From assembly GCA_046706305.1 (NCBI GenBank), contig JBJKPQ010000039.1:12428-76427 (forward strand): a stretch of 64,000 nt of DNA, read 5' to 3'. The position numbers were made by a program, and so were the translations under genes. Shown here in pieces: positions 44,841 to 54,794 of the stretch (positions are counted from its first letter, which is position 1; every line of letters begins with the position of its first letter). This stretch comes from Bacteroidales bacterium (lineage in GTDB: Bacteria; Bacteroidota; Bacteroidia; Bacteroidales; VadinHA17). Under the pieces are notes generated by a model. That model did no database searches and was not told where the DNA came from. It worked only from the letters and a program-made list of their open reading frames with translations.

Positions 44841-45938
44841 ATGAAAATTGACAGGTCAAATTATGAAATATGGATCATCGACTGGCTCGACGGGAACCTT
44901 GGCAAAGAGCAGGAAGAAGAGCTTATGGCCTTTCTCCGCGACAATCCCGATATCAGGGAGGAATCTGAAGAGCTGCCCGCAGCAAGACTGGTACCGGATG
45001 AAGTATCATTCCGGGACAAAGGCTCCCTTAAGAAGGAAGCATCCGATATCACGGATCAGCAGTTTGAATACCTGTGTGTAGCATATATTGAAGGCGACCT
45101 CTCTGCTGTACAGGCATCTGAACTATTGTCTGTAACAGAAAAAGACCCTGCCAGGAAAAGAACTTTTGACCTTATCCGGCAAACGAAACTGACAGCGCCT
45201 GCAGCAAAATACATTAATAAAAGATCGCTTATAAGGCTTACCCCTGTTCAGAAATTTGCCAGGACAGCCTTTATAGTTCTGAGCACCGCGGCTGCCATAG
45301 CCCTTGTTGTCTCCCTTTATTTTATTGTACCACGGAATATACCCGGCCATGATACAAGATCTTCCATGAAGACCGGTGCAAATGATTCTGTTGTTACAAT
45401 AAATATAAAAAAGGGTTCCCCTGTATTTTTAAGTTCAGTATTTAAGACAAATCCTCCTGTCGTTAATGACAAACGGGTAATAAAGGACAGAAAAGGTACA
45501 GCCGTACAGGCTGTTGAAATAATTGAAACAGCAGATTCTTCCCTGTCAGAAAAACGGGGAAGAAGCATCCGGGTAAACAGGATTATCATTACATCCCGCA
45601 TTGACCTGCCTGTTACTCCGGTCACAGGCAGCCTTGTTGCATATAATGCTCCTTTAATACAGCTGCCGGATGATGAGGGTGATGAAAGGAGCAGGATCGG
45701 TAAATTCATTGCAAAGACCTTCAGGGAAAAAATACTCAGGGAAAAAACTACATCAGACGCTCCTCTCAAAGCGTATGAAATAGCCGAGGCAGGTGTAACG
45801 GGTATAAACAAACTATTTGGCTGGGAGATGGCACTGAGTGAAAACAAAGATGCCAGTGGAGAAATAACTTCCGTTTATTTCAGCTCTAAAGTACTAAAGT
45901 TCAATGCTCCTGTAAAAAAAGCAGTTCCTGCTCCGTAA
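44841..45938 (+). CDS. Putative anti-sigma factor (single-pass membrane protein)
   Basis: 365 aa, starting 2 nt after the sigma gene. N-terminal cytoplasmic helix region (WIIDWLDGNLGKEQEEELMAFLRDNPDIREE), one TM helix (AFIVLSTAAAIALVVSLYFIV), and an extracytoplasmic remainder. No zf-HC2 Cys/His. Confidence 0.6.
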   Translation: MKIDRSNYEIWIIDWLDGNLGKEQEEELMAFLRDNPDIREESEELPAARLVPDEVSFRDKGSLKKEASDITDQQFEYLCVAYIEGDLSAVQASELLSVTEKDPARKRTFDLIRQTKLTAPAAKYINKRSLIRLTPVQKFARTAFIVLSTAAAIALVVSLYFIVPRNIPGHDTRSSMKTGANDSVVTINIKKGSPVFLSSVFKTNPPVVNDKRVIKDRKGTAVQAVEIIETADSSLSEKRGRSIRVNRIIITSRIDLPVTPVTGSLVAYNAPLIQLPDDEGDERSRIGKFIAKTFREKILREKTTSDAPLKAYEIAEAGVTGINKLFGWEMALSENKDASGEITSVYFSSKVLKFNAPVKKAVPAP

Positions 45939-45998
45939 CTTTTCGGATCTCTTCTTCGTCACAGCATTGTAACATTCATCAAAACAAAATTTTCAGCC

Positions 45999-46955
45999 AT
46001 GAAGAAAAAAGCAATAATGATACTGTCTGCAGTTATGATCATTACGGGCCTCTGCAAAGCAGCACCGGTAAACGGACAGGATAAAAAAGAAACAACTGCC
46101 TCAGCGAAGGAGAAAACCAGTGTTACCCTGGGAAACGATAAAGTCAGGTTTGAAGAAGGTGATTCCACCTATGACCTGAGAGTCGGTAACAGGGGTATCA
46201 GGTTGCTGGAGTCTCTTGAAGGACCAAGGGTCAGGTTTAAAAAATATTCCGATACTGAAGAGGAATATACTGATAATCACGACTGGAGTTATGACGAAGA
46301 AAACAACCACAGGTCGGGTAGAGCAAGACGGTTCAGGGGACACTGGACAGGGGTCGAATTCGGGTTCAATAATTATATGATGTCCGACAATAGTTTTTCA
46401 GTACCGACAGACATAGGTTATATGTCGCTCAACTCCGGTAAATCATCTTGTTTTAACATTAACTTTACCCAGCTTAGCATTGGTTTTGCAAGGCATATCG
46501 GACTTGTAACCGGACTGGGTCTTAACTGGAATAATTACAGGTTCGATGGAAATAATAATATTCAAAAAGATCCCAATGGAGTAATTGAAGAACTTATTCC
46601 TGACGGGGCTCTTAAAAAATCAAAACTTGCCACTCTATACCTCGATCTGCCTGTCTTACTTGAGATTCAGCTTCCTACAGATCACCATCGTCTGAATATT
46701 GCTGCCGGACCAATAGGTGCTGTCAAGATTGCATCCCACTCAAAAATGGTTTATGAGGATGGTCCGAAAATAAAATCGTATAAAGACTTCAGCCTTAACA
46801 TGCTTCGTTATGGAGCCACAGCCAGAGTAGGTTATGGTAACTTTGAGATCTATGGTACATACTACGCAACACCATTGTTCCAGGACGGGAAAGCTCCGGG
46901 AGGATACGACCTGTACCCGTTTGAGATAGGAGTTGCCTTTACATTCAACGACTGA
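45999..46955 (+). CDS. Outer-membrane beta-barrel protein (OMP_b-brl_2/PorT-like)
   Basis: 318 aa with a signal peptide (MKKKAIMILSAVMIITGLCKA-A), a charged linker, then beta-strand repeats. Ends ...FEIGVAFTFND. Third gene of the sigma/anti-sigma trio. Confidence 0.65.
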   Translation: MKKKAIMILSAVMIITGLCKAAPVNGQDKKETTASAKEKTSVTLGNDKVRFEEGDSTYDLRVGNRGIRLLESLEGPRVRFKKYSDTEEEYTDNHDWSYDEENNHRSGRARRFRGHWTGVEFGFNNYMMSDNSFSVPTDIGYMSLNSGKSSCFNINFTQLSIGFARHIGLVTGLGLNWNNYRFDGNNNIQKDPNGVIEELIPDGALKKSKLATLYLDLPVLLEIQLPTDHHRLNIAAGPIGAVKIASHSKMVYEDGPKIKSYKDFSLNMLRYGATARVGYGNFEIYGTYYATPLFQDGKAPGGYDLYPFEIGVAFTFND

Positions 46956-46987
46956 TTTTCATTCCTGTATTAATAAATCAATACTAC

Positions 46988-47025
46988 GAGGCTGTCTCAA
47001 AAGGGCAGCCTCTCTTATTATTTTT
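46988..47025 (+). terminator. Rho-independent terminator after 45999..46955
   Basis: GAGGCTGTC-TCAAAAG-GGCAGCCTC forms a 9-bp stem with one G-U, followed by TCTTATTATTTTT. Confidence 0.7.
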
Positions 47026-47073
47026 GCCGGATGTTCAGTCATGATGTATATTTGCAGTAAACCGCCAGGAGAA

Positions 47074-47841
47074 ATGAATTCAGATTGTTTATCACCGAGG
47101 GAGATAAGGAGATACAATAAGCAGATCATGATACCGGAAATAGGTATAAAAGGACAGGAACTGCTTAAGAAATCGAAAGTGCTTGTCGTAGGTGCCGGCG
47201 GACTTGGTTGTCCGGTACTCCAGTATCTGACCGCTGCAGGGACAGGAAGGCTGGCCGTTGTTGAATTCGACGTTGTGGATGAGTCTAACCTCCAGCGACA
47301 GGTTCTATATGGCTCAGAAGATGTAGGTAAACTGAAATCCATTATTGCCAAAAACCGCCTGGAAACGCTTAACTCATTCGTCGATATTGAAATAATAAAT
47401 CTTAAGCTGTCATCTTCAAATGCCTTACGTGTGCTGAAAGATTATGATATCATTGTCGATGCCACGGACAATATGGCTGCCAGGTATATAATAAACGATT
47501 CATGTGTCATTCTTAACAAACCCATGGTGCATGGTTCAATATATAAGTTTGAGGGTATGGTATCTGTTTTTAACTACAGGGGAGGACCAACATACAGGTG
47601 TTTTAACCCGGGAAATGAGAAGGATGATTATAGAAATCCCCTTCCCGTTGAAGTTGGACTTTTCGGGGCACTTCCCGGTATTACTGGCGCCTATATGGCC
47701 AATGAAGTCATTAAAATGATCACTGGAACAGGGAAAGTAATGGCAGGCAAAATACTCCTTATTGATGTGTTTAATAATACATTCCATACTTTTACTGTAA
47801 ATAACAATCCTGAAAACCATAAAATCAGGTCTTTAAAATAA
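47074..47841 (+). CDS. ThiF/MoeB/HesA-family adenylyltransferase (E1-like)
   Basis: LSPREIRRYNKQIMIPEIGIKGQELLKKSKVLVVGAGGLGCPVLQYL...DATDN. The ORF-track start 46933 overlaps the upstream gene and crosses its terminator. ATG 47074 (MNSDCLSPREI) or 47041 is more plausible. Confidence 0.85.
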   Translation: MNSDCLSPREIRRYNKQIMIPEIGIKGQELLKKSKVLVVGAGGLGCPVLQYLTAAGTGRLAVVEFDVVDESNLQRQVLYGSEDVGKLKSIIAKNRLETLNSFVDIEIINLKLSSSNALRVLKDYDIIVDATDNMAARYIINDSCVILNKPMVHGSIYKFEGMVSVFNYRGGPTYRCFNPGNEKDDYRNPLPVEVGLFGALPGITGAYMANEVIKMITGTGKVMAGKILLIDVFNNTFHTFTVNNNPENHKIRSLK

Positions 47842-47923
47842 ATAAAAACCGCCCTGCCCTAAACCTGCAAAACAGCAGGGACACTGGAGACAGGAACAAC
47901 AACCGGATATTAAAATTTTAGTT

Positions 47924-48634
47924 ATGCGACTATTACTTATAAGCAACTCAACAAATGCAGGCGAAGCTTATCTCGATTATCCTAAAAATGATATCGGGGA
48001 ATTCCTTGGGAAAAAGCCTGTAAGGGCATTGTTCATACCATATGCAGCAGTTACTTTTTCCTTCGATGCATATGAAAAAAAGGTAAAAGAGAGATTTCTG
48101 GAAACGGGACATGACATCATATCCGTTCATCATTTTGAAGATCCTGTTTCAGCCGTAAAACAGGCTGAAGCCATAGTGGTCGGGGGAGGCAATACCTTTA
48201 TGCTGCTTAGGACAATAAGGGAAAACAGGCTTCTTGATGCAATACGCGACAAAGTTCTGGAAGGTGTACCTTATATAGGATGGAGTGCCGGCTCCAATAT
48301 GGCCTGCCCTACAATTATGACAACAAATGACATGCCTGTTGTTTACCCGGGCAGCTTTGAAGCTTTAAACCTTATCCCTTTCCAGATAAATCCTCATTAT
48401 ACAGACACCCACCCCGATGGACATGCCGGTGAAACACGAGAACAGAGAATAGAGGAGTTTATTGAAGCCAACCCGTATTTATATGTTGCTGGCTTAAGAG
48501 AAGGAACAATGCTGGTTCTGGAAAACGGATTTCTCAGTTTGAAGGGAAAGAAAAAGCTAAGGGTATTCAGGAAAGGCAACATTCCTGCCGAATACGATGC
48601 TTCAGATGATATAACTTTTCTGATCAGAGAATAA
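47924..48634 (+). CDS. pepE: Dipeptidase E (peptidase S51)
   Basis: 236 aa. MRLLLISNSTNAGEAYLDY..., GGGNTFMLL, and catalytic Ser context IGWSAGSNM. Confidence 0.9.
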   Translation: MRLLLISNSTNAGEAYLDYPKNDIGEFLGKKPVRALFIPYAAVTFSFDAYEKKVKERFLETGHDIISVHHFEDPVSAVKQAEAIVVGGGNTFMLLRTIRENRLLDAIRDKVLEGVPYIGWSAGSNMACPTIMTTNDMPVVYPGSFEALNLIPFQINPHYTDTHPDGHAGETREQRIEEFIEANPYLYVAGLREGTMLVLENGFLSLKGKKKLRVFRKGNIPAEYDASDDITFLIRE

Positions 48635-48639
48635 TAAAT

Positions 48640-48647
48640 TAACTTTG
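48640..48647 (+). promoter_or_regulatory. Candidate -7 box (TAACTTTG) for the AsmA-like/HK gene pair
   Basis: TAACTTTG matches TAnnTTTG, 38 nt upstream of ATG 48685. Confidence 0.35.
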
Positions 48648-48684
48648 TCCGCCGTATATTAACAGGTTGAGAGGTTTTATACTT

Positions 48685-51276
48685 ATGAAGCTTGTTTTAA
48701 AAATATCTAAACTGGCTATTATCCTTGTTATAGCCGTTTCATTGATTCTTTTTTCTGCATCTTTGTTGTTGCAGGACAAAGTAGCCGATATAGTCCTGAA
48801 ATCACTTAGCAACAGTATTTCCACAAAATTTGAGTACAAATCCTTGAAATTGTCTTTTTTAAGGCGTTTCCCTAAAGCATCCCTTGAACTGAAGGATGTG
48901 TTTGTACACTCTTCCGACAGTTTTCACACCTCATCATTCTACAGCAAAACAACAGACACCCTCCTGGCAGCAGATAACCTGTCTGTTGAATTCAGCCTGA
49001 CAGATATATTAAAAAGAAACTACACCATCGAAAGCATATATGCCAGGAATGGCAGGTTAAACCTTTATACCGATAAGGAAGGACTTGTTAACTGGAATAT
49101 ATCAGGAAAGAGTTCAGGAAAAGGGGATAAAGACCTTACTATCGACCTGGAGAAAATCAATGTCCGTAATATAAAAGCAAGATACGAAAACAAAGAGGCA
49201 AAACTGCTTATCAGTGGAATTATACGAAACGGCAGGCTTAAAAGCAGGATAGTCGGTGATGATATTGACTTCACTGCTCTTTCAAAAATCAGCATTGACC
49301 TTTTCATGCTTGGAAAGACAACTGTCAGCGGCCCTGTGGAATCGGATATTGACCTGGTTATGAGAAGCAATAAGAATGGGATATTTTTCAACCGGGGAAC
49401 ATTGTCAACGAAAGATTATGACTTCGACCTAAAAGGATCTGTTTTAAAGGGAAATTTTCTGGATCTTGCAATAACAGGTGATAAGATAGATTTGGCGAGG
49501 ATCGGTAATTACCTCCCCGTAAAGTACCGGGATATTCTGGATAAATATGATCCTGCGGGATTAATGAATGCCACTTTTAATATCAAAGGTCCCCTGTCAT
49601 CAGGCAGAAATCCCCTGGTTGAAATAAGTTTTATACTCAAAAAAGGCACCATAAGCAGCAGGGACTCACATTTAGCCGCTGGAGATATCTCACTCAAGGG
49701 CACCCTTACAAACGGAGCAGCTCATAACGCTTCCACATCAACTCTCTCACTCAGGGATATGGCATGGACCCTGGGATCGGGAAGTTATACGGGATCTTTT
49801 ACAGTTACAGATTTTAAAAAGCCGGTGACCACCATGTCTCTGAAAGGCAGGATCTACCCTGCCGAGCTCAGGGAATTCTTCAGCATTAAGCAGATATCTA
49901 CTGCTGCGGGTACTGCGGATGTAGACCTTTCCCTTGAAACTGCCTGGGTACCGGATAAGACAATCAGCATAAAGGATGTTGCAAAATTAAAGCCTGAAGG
50001 AACAGCAGATTTTAATTCTTTGAATATCGGCTTTAATAATGACAGTATTCTTTTTAATGATGTTAATGGTTCCCTTGACCTTTCAGGAAAAATCAGAGCG
50101 GACAACCTGAGAATGAGATATAAAGGGCAGCAAATAAAGGTTAACGGCGATTTTATAAACCTGCCTGAATGGCTGGCAGGCTTACCTGTTACTATGAAAG
50201 CTTCGGCAGATATACATATGGACAGGTTTATTCCGGGCGTTTTTTTCCCCTCGGCCTCATCACCGGTTAAGAACAAAAGTAATACGAGAGAAGTGAGGCT
50301 TCCTGATAACATCATCCTGAATATAAATTTCAGCATCGACAGCATTTCATACAGGAAAATTACATGCTCTTCTTTATCCGGAACTCTTGAATATAAACCA
50401 AAGCTGTTCACATTCAAATCTGTGAGCATGAATACTCTGAACGGTAACGTGTCCGGAAGCGGTTTCATAGTTCAAAACATAAACAGATCCGTGATTACAA
50501 GGGGTAACTTCATCATTAAGGATATAGATATAAAAAAGGCATTTACAAGCTTTAATAACTTTGGTCAGAGTTTTATAAAAGCTGAAAACATGGAAGGCAC
50601 ATTATCAGGTTCCCTTTCGCTGATGCTGCCTTTTGATCCGATGATGAATCCGAAGATAAAGGAGCTTACTGCTGACGGGAAATATACTCTTGTAAAAGGT
50701 GCCTTGATTGATTTTGATCCTGTAAAACAGCTTTCATCATTTATCGAGTTATCGGAGTTGGAAAATATTCATTTTGAGGAGTTACAGAATGATTTTTTTA
50801 TTCGTAACAATATCCTGTACATACCCCAGATGGATGTCAGATCGTCTGCAGCGGATCTCTCTGTTAACGGGAAGCATGGCTTCGACAATAATTTCGAATA
50901 CCATGTTAAGGTCAGGTTATCTGAGATCCTGAGTAAGAAAAGGAAGAAGAGCAGGAATCCGGTTACCGAATTCGGTGCCGTTGAAGACGATGGGCTGGGC
51001 AGAACATCTTTGTTGCTTAAAATAGTTAATAAAGGGACCGATGACATAAAAGTATCGTACGACCTAAAGGCTGCCGGCACTACTGTTAAAAATAACATCA
51101 GGAAAGAAAGGCAAAACCTGAAAACCATACTTAATGAGGAATACGGCTGGTACAAATCAGATACAAGCATCAAAGCAAAGCCGGTTGAAAAAAAGAGCAG
51201 GGTAAAGATAAAATGGGACGACAGTGACACAACATATAATGTTACTGATACAGTTGTAAAGAAGAAGAAAAAATAA
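48685..51276 (+). CDS. AsmA-family protein (N-terminal anchor + AsmA-like C-terminal region)
   Basis: MKLVLKISKLAIILVIAVSLILF anchor. KLSFLRRFPKASLELKDVFV is typical of the AsmA N-terminus. The C-terminal region is FFIRNNILYIPQMDVRSSAADLSVNGKHGFDNNFEYHVKVRL. The ORF track starts at TTG 48667; ATG 48685 is preferred. Confidence 0.78.
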   Translation: MKLVLKISKLAIILVIAVSLILFSASLLLQDKVADIVLKSLSNSISTKFEYKSLKLSFLRRFPKASLELKDVFVHSSDSFHTSSFYSKTTDTLLAADNLSVEFSLTDILKRNYTIESIYARNGRLNLYTDKEGLVNWNISGKSSGKGDKDLTIDLEKINVRNIKARYENKEAKLLISGIIRNGRLKSRIVGDDIDFTALSKISIDLFMLGKTTVSGPVESDIDLVMRSNKNGIFFNRGTLSTKDYDFDLKGSVLKGNFLDLAITGDKIDLARIGNYLPVKYRDILDKYDPAGLMNATFNIKGPLSSGRNPLVEISFILKKGTISSRDSHLAAGDISLKGTLTNGAAHNASTSTLSLRDMAWTLGSGSYTGSFTVTDFKKPVTTMSLKGRIYPAELREFFSIKQISTAAGTADVDLSLETAWVPDKTISIKDVAKLKPEGTADFNSLNIGFNNDSILFNDVNGSLDLSGKIRADNLRMRYKGQQIKVNGDFINLPEWLAGLPVTMKASADIHMDRFIPGVFFPSASSPVKNKSNTREVRLPDNIILNINFSIDSISYRKITCSSLSGTLEYKPKLFTFKSVSMNTLNGNVSGSGFIVQNINRSVITRGNFIIKDIDIKKAFTSFNNFGQSFIKAENMEGTLSGSLSLMLPFDPMMNPKIKELTADGKYTLVKGALIDFDPVKQLSSFIELSELENIHFEELQNDFFIRNNILYIPQMDVRSSAADLSVNGKHGFDNNFEYHVKVRLSEILSKKRKKSRNPVTEFGAVEDDGLGRTSLLLKIVNKGTDDIKVSYDLKAAGTTVKNNIRKERQNLKTILNEEYGWYKSDTSIKAKPVEKKSRVKIKWDDSDTTYNVTDTVVKKKKK

Positions 51277-51279
51277 ACA

Positions 51280-52437
51280 GTGAATTCATTCCGTAATAAG
51301 ACCCTTGGAAAACTGCTGTTACTGCTGTTTGCAGTTATAATAGGCATGGTTTCGCTTGTATACACCGACCATCTTGTTTCCAAGCTGAAAGTCGAAGAAA
51401 GAAAGAATATTGAATTATGGGCACAGGCTGTAAAGCTGATTTCCGTAACCGATTCTGACCAGGACGTTGATTTCCTTTCAGGCATTATTGACAACAACAC
51501 CACAGTACCGGTGATACTGACCGATGAAAATGATAACATTATTTCTTCTCTTAACTTTGACAGGACCAAAAGTGAAGATCCCAAATACATGAAGAAGAAG
51601 CTTCGAAAAATCAGGGAGAAGAACAAACCGATTGTTGTTGACCTGGGGAACGGCCATTTTAACTTCATCTATTACAAGGACAGCATAATTCTTACAATGC
51701 TTGAATATTATCCTTATATTCAACTGGCTATCATCATATTATTTATAATGGTTTCCTACCTGGCCTTCAGCAGTTCCCGTAAGGCCGATCAGAACGAAGT
51801 ATGGGTAGGTATGTCGAAGGAAACAGCCCACCAGCTGGGCACGCCGACTTCATCGCTGGCAGGATGGATAGAGATACTGCAGCATAAGTATCCGGGAATA
51901 GAGATAACCAAAGAGCTTGCTCTTGATGTTCAGCGACTTGAAAAAGTGACTGAAAGATTTTCCAGGATCGGTTCAAGGCCTTCCCTGGTTATTGAAGATA
52001 TAACAAAAATCATCATCCGTACAATGGACTACCTTAAATCGAGGTCATCTTCCAAAGTAATATTTAAAAGTGACTTCGATGAAGGGCATGAGGTGCCGGT
52101 ACCATTAAACACAGCCCTTTTTGAATGGGTGATAGAGAATGTTACCAAGAATGCCATTGATGCAATGGAGGGCAAAGGGGAGATCTCGATTCGTATCCAG
52201 GAGAATGAGAAAAGTGCTGTGATTGACATTACAGATACAGGGAAAGGGATTCCAAAATCTGCTTTTAAAAAAATCTTCAATCCCGGATTCACTACAAAAC
52301 AAAAAGGATGGGGAGTAGGCCTCTCTCTTGCACGCCGTATTGTTGAGGAGTATCATCATGGACGCATCTTTGTAAGACATTCAGAGGTCGGAAAGGGATC
52401 AACCATACGGATTGTTATGAAAAAGAATAAAATCTAA
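51280..52437 (+). CDS. Sensor histidine kinase (2 TM, HisKA-like + HATPase_c)
   Basis: 385 aa with a GTG start 3 nt after the AsmA-like stop. H-box SKETAHQLGTPTSSL, N-box VTKNAIDAM, G1 ITDTGKGIP, G2 GWGVGLSLARRIV. Confidence 0.85.
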   Translation: MNSFRNKTLGKLLLLLFAVIIGMVSLVYTDHLVSKLKVEERKNIELWAQAVKLISVTDSDQDVDFLSGIIDNNTTVPVILTDENDNIISSLNFDRTKSEDPKYMKKKLRKIREKNKPIVVDLGNGHFNFIYYKDSIILTMLEYYPYIQLAIIILFIMVSYLAFSSSRKADQNEVWVGMSKETAHQLGTPTSSLAGWIEILQHKYPGIEITKELALDVQRLEKVTERFSRIGSRPSLVIEDITKIIIRTMDYLKSRSSSKVIFKSDFDEGHEVPVPLNTALFEWVIENVTKNAIDAMEGKGEISIRIQENEKSAVIDITDTGKGIPKSAFKKIFNPGFTTKQKGWGVGLSLARRIVEEYHHGRIFVRHSEVGKGSTIRIVMKKNKI

Positions 52438-52441
52438 TGAT

Positions 52442-52449
52442 TATATTTG
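52442..52449 (+). promoter_or_regulatory. Candidate -7 box (TATATTTG) for the U32 peptidase gene
   Basis: TATATTTG matches TAnnTTTG, 10 nt before ATG 52459. It overlaps the TTG (52447) used by the ORF track, which favours ATG 52459. Confidence 0.4.
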
Positions 52450-52458
52450 CAGCCTTTT

Positions 52459-53715
52459 ATGAAAAGGAATGACATAGAGATCATGGCTCCGGCGGGTTCG
52501 TACGAGGCTCTTATGGCAGCAATACAGGGGGGTGCAGATTCGGTTTACTTCGGGGTGGAACAGCTTAATATGAGAGCTGCCTCATCTAATAACTTCACAA
52601 TAGAAGACCTCCGTAAGATCGTAAAAATATGCAAGGATCATGGACTTAAGAGTTACCTTACTGTCAATGTTGTAGTTTATGACAGAGAGATAGTACAGAT
52701 GCACAGCATTATTGATGCTGCCGTTGAAAGCGGTGTGACAGCTGTTATTGCTTCTGATCTTTCCGTAATAAATTATGCCTTTTCAAAGGGAATTGAAGTT
52801 CACCTGTCAACACAGCTTAACATCACTAATATTGAAGCCCTTAAATTCTATTCTCAATGGGCCGATGTTGTTGTTCTTGCCAGGGAGCTTAACCTGGAAC
52901 AGGTGAAACATATTTACGACAGTATAAGGGAAGAAGATATACGAGGGCCCCGGGGTGAACTGATAAAAATTGAAATGTTCGTACATGGAGCCCTTTGCAT
53001 GGCTGTCTCAGGGAAATGTTATCTGAGCCTTCATGAACATAATAAATCAGCCAACAGGGGCGAATGTTACCAGACCTGCCGCAAATCCTATATTGTAACG
53101 GGAAAAGAATCTGGATATGAGCTGGAAATAGACAATGAGTATATAATGTCACCAAAAGATCTTTGTACAATCGGGTTCCTTGATAAACTGATCGGAGCTG
53201 GTGCAAGGGTCCTTAAAATAGAAGGCAGGGCAAGATCTCCCGAGTATGTCAGAACTGTGGCCGAATGTTACAATGAAGCTGCCTCTGCGGTTGTTGAAGG
53301 AACATACAGCAGGGAAAAAGCAGATGCATGGACTAAGAGGCTGGCAACAGTATTCAACAGGGGTTTCTGGGATGGTTATTACCTTGGACAGCTTACAGGA
53401 GAATGGAACAACACCTACGGTTCAAATGCAACAAAGAGGAAACTTTACCTGGGTAAAGTGACCAATTATTTCCGTAAGCTGAATGTAGCTGAGATCAAGC
53501 TTGAGAACGGCGACCTTTCATATGGGGATTCCATCCTTATAATAGGTCCGACAACAGGAGTGGTTGAATATACTGTAGGAGAAATAAGAGTCGACCTTAA
53601 ACCAGCTCAAACAGCCTTAAAAGGGGAGTTTTGTTCTATTATGACACCGGATTTTTTAAGAAGATCCGATAAGGTCTATAAATGGGTGGAAGCAAAAGAC
53701 ATACCCAAAAAATAA
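52459..53715 (+). CDS. Peptidase U32 family protein (PrtC/TrhP/RlhA-like)
   Basis: MKRNDIEIMAPAGSYEALMAAIQGGADSVYFG... N-terminus, U32 signature region (E.F.HGALC...SG.C..S), and a C-terminal beta-barrel domain. Confidence 0.88.
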   Translation: MKRNDIEIMAPAGSYEALMAAIQGGADSVYFGVEQLNMRAASSNNFTIEDLRKIVKICKDHGLKSYLTVNVVVYDREIVQMHSIIDAAVESGVTAVIASDLSVINYAFSKGIEVHLSTQLNITNIEALKFYSQWADVVVLARELNLEQVKHIYDSIREEDIRGPRGELIKIEMFVHGALCMAVSGKCYLSLHEHNKSANRGECYQTCRKSYIVTGKESGYELEIDNEYIMSPKDLCTIGFLDKLIGAGARVLKIEGRARSPEYVRTVAECYNEAASAVVEGTYSREKADAWTKRLATVFNRGFWDGYYLGQLTGEWNNTYGSNATKRKLYLGKVTNYFRKLNVAEIKLENGDLSYGDSILIIGPTTGVVEYTVGEIRVDLKPAQTALKGEFCSIMTPDFLRRSDKVYKWVEAKDIPKK

Positions 53716-53723
53716 CAAGATTC

Positions 53724-54767
53724 CTACCATATTATTGTTTCAGCGGCATCAAGCACCTTCCGGGTATTGATCTCAATATCATCCGTGTCTGTTTCGACAT
53801 AAATAATTTTCCTTTTGTCTTTCTTTTTCAATCCGTATAAATATGCTTTGTCATAGTAATGAAGAGTTATCTCAATGGCTTTGGCAATGTCTCCTTCTTC
53901 TACGGCATTGATGGCATCACGTGTATTATCGCCGCCCAGCCTTCTGCTTATCCTCATTATTGATGCTTTTAGCTCAGCCGGCGGATAAATTGAGTACTCT
54001 TCCATCAGCCTGGGCATCCTTGTCTTTACATCCATCATAAGGATAATTGCAGGGGTATCCTGCATATTAAAATAAAACTGGTCCGGCATAAAGACCGATC
54101 CTATATTACGGCTCTCATCCTCAAGCCAGATGGGAATATCCGGATCAGCCATGTCCCATTCCCTGAACAGAATATTTGCGAAATGCTCTGTGGTAGGTTG
54201 CGGTCCCTGTCCGAGTGCTCCGAAAGCGGATCCTTTGTGACAGGCAAGCCCCTCAAGATCAATCACCTGCCGGTCCTTTGATCTTATGTTTGCAATGATA
54301 TGTGTTTTACCGCTGCCTGTCAGACCGCCAAGCACGATAACTTTTCTTTTCTCAGAAAGACCTGAAAGAATATGGTTTCTGTAGGCCTTATAACCACCCA
54401 CGAGAATATATGTTTTTATATCGCCCAGGGAGAAGAGCCAGGCCATGGCTTCCGATCTCATCCCTCCCCGCCAGCAATGAACAAGCAACTCCGAATTCAC
54501 TGCAGATTTAACTGCTCTCTCAAGCTTTTCGGACATTCCGGGGCCTGCCCGCCTTAATCCTTCCAGGATAGCCTGTATACGCCCTGATTTTTTATATTTT
54601 GTTCCTACTATGGCACGTTCCTCATCGTTGAAAAGAGGGATATTTATTGCACCGGGCATATGTCCGGAGGCATATTCCGAAGGTGAACGCACATCTATTA
54701 CAGGAATACTCGCGGCAAGCTTCAGGAAGCCGGCAACATCAACTTTAATCACGCCCATAGTGGTCAA
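53724..54767 (-). CDS. selU: tRNA 2-selenouridine synthase (rhodanese + P-loop)
   Basis: 347 aa. PVIDVRSPSEYASGHMPGAINIPLF, rhodanese Cys loop HCWRGGMRS, P-loop GGLTGSGKT. Confidence 0.88.
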   Translation of the reverse strand: MTTMGVIKVDVAGFLKLAASIPVIDVRSPSEYASGHMPGAINIPLFNDEERAIVGTKYKKSGRIQAILEGLRRAGPGMSEKLERAVKSAVNSELLVHCWRGGMRSEAMAWLFSLGDIKTYILVGGYKAYRNHILSGLSEKRKVIVLGGLTGSGKTHIIANIRSKDRQVIDLEGLACHKGSAFGALGQGPQPTTEHFANILFREWDMADPDIPIWLEDESRNIGSVFMPDQFYFNMQDTPAIILMMDVKTRMPRLMEEYSIYPPAELKASIMRISRRLGGDNTRDAINAVEEGDIAKAIEITLHYYDKAYLYGLKKKDKRKIIYVETDTDDIEINTRKVLDAAETIIW

Positions 54768-54794
54768 ATATCTTACTTTTTCATTCCCGGTTCG

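Noticed and set aside
46933-47073. N-terminal extension of the ThiF/MoeB-like ORF given by the ORF track.
   Set aside because: The extension overlaps the 3' end of the upstream beta-barrel gene and runs through its intrinsic terminator (46988-47025). Family N-termini begin near LSxxEixRYxRQI, which fits ATG 47074 (or 47041).
50769-51668. 299-aa minus-strand ORF. Similar long antisense ORFs occur at 49854..50468, 45317..45847, 56034..56705, 38310..38723, 33010..33501 and 28383..28751.
   Set aside because: Each lies entirely antisense to a gene with clear family motifs (AsmA-like/HK, anti-sigma, hybrid kinase, FtsX, LytTR, FabH). Their translations are low-complexity (S/F/L-rich) and have no recognisable motifs. 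These are typical shadow ORFs.
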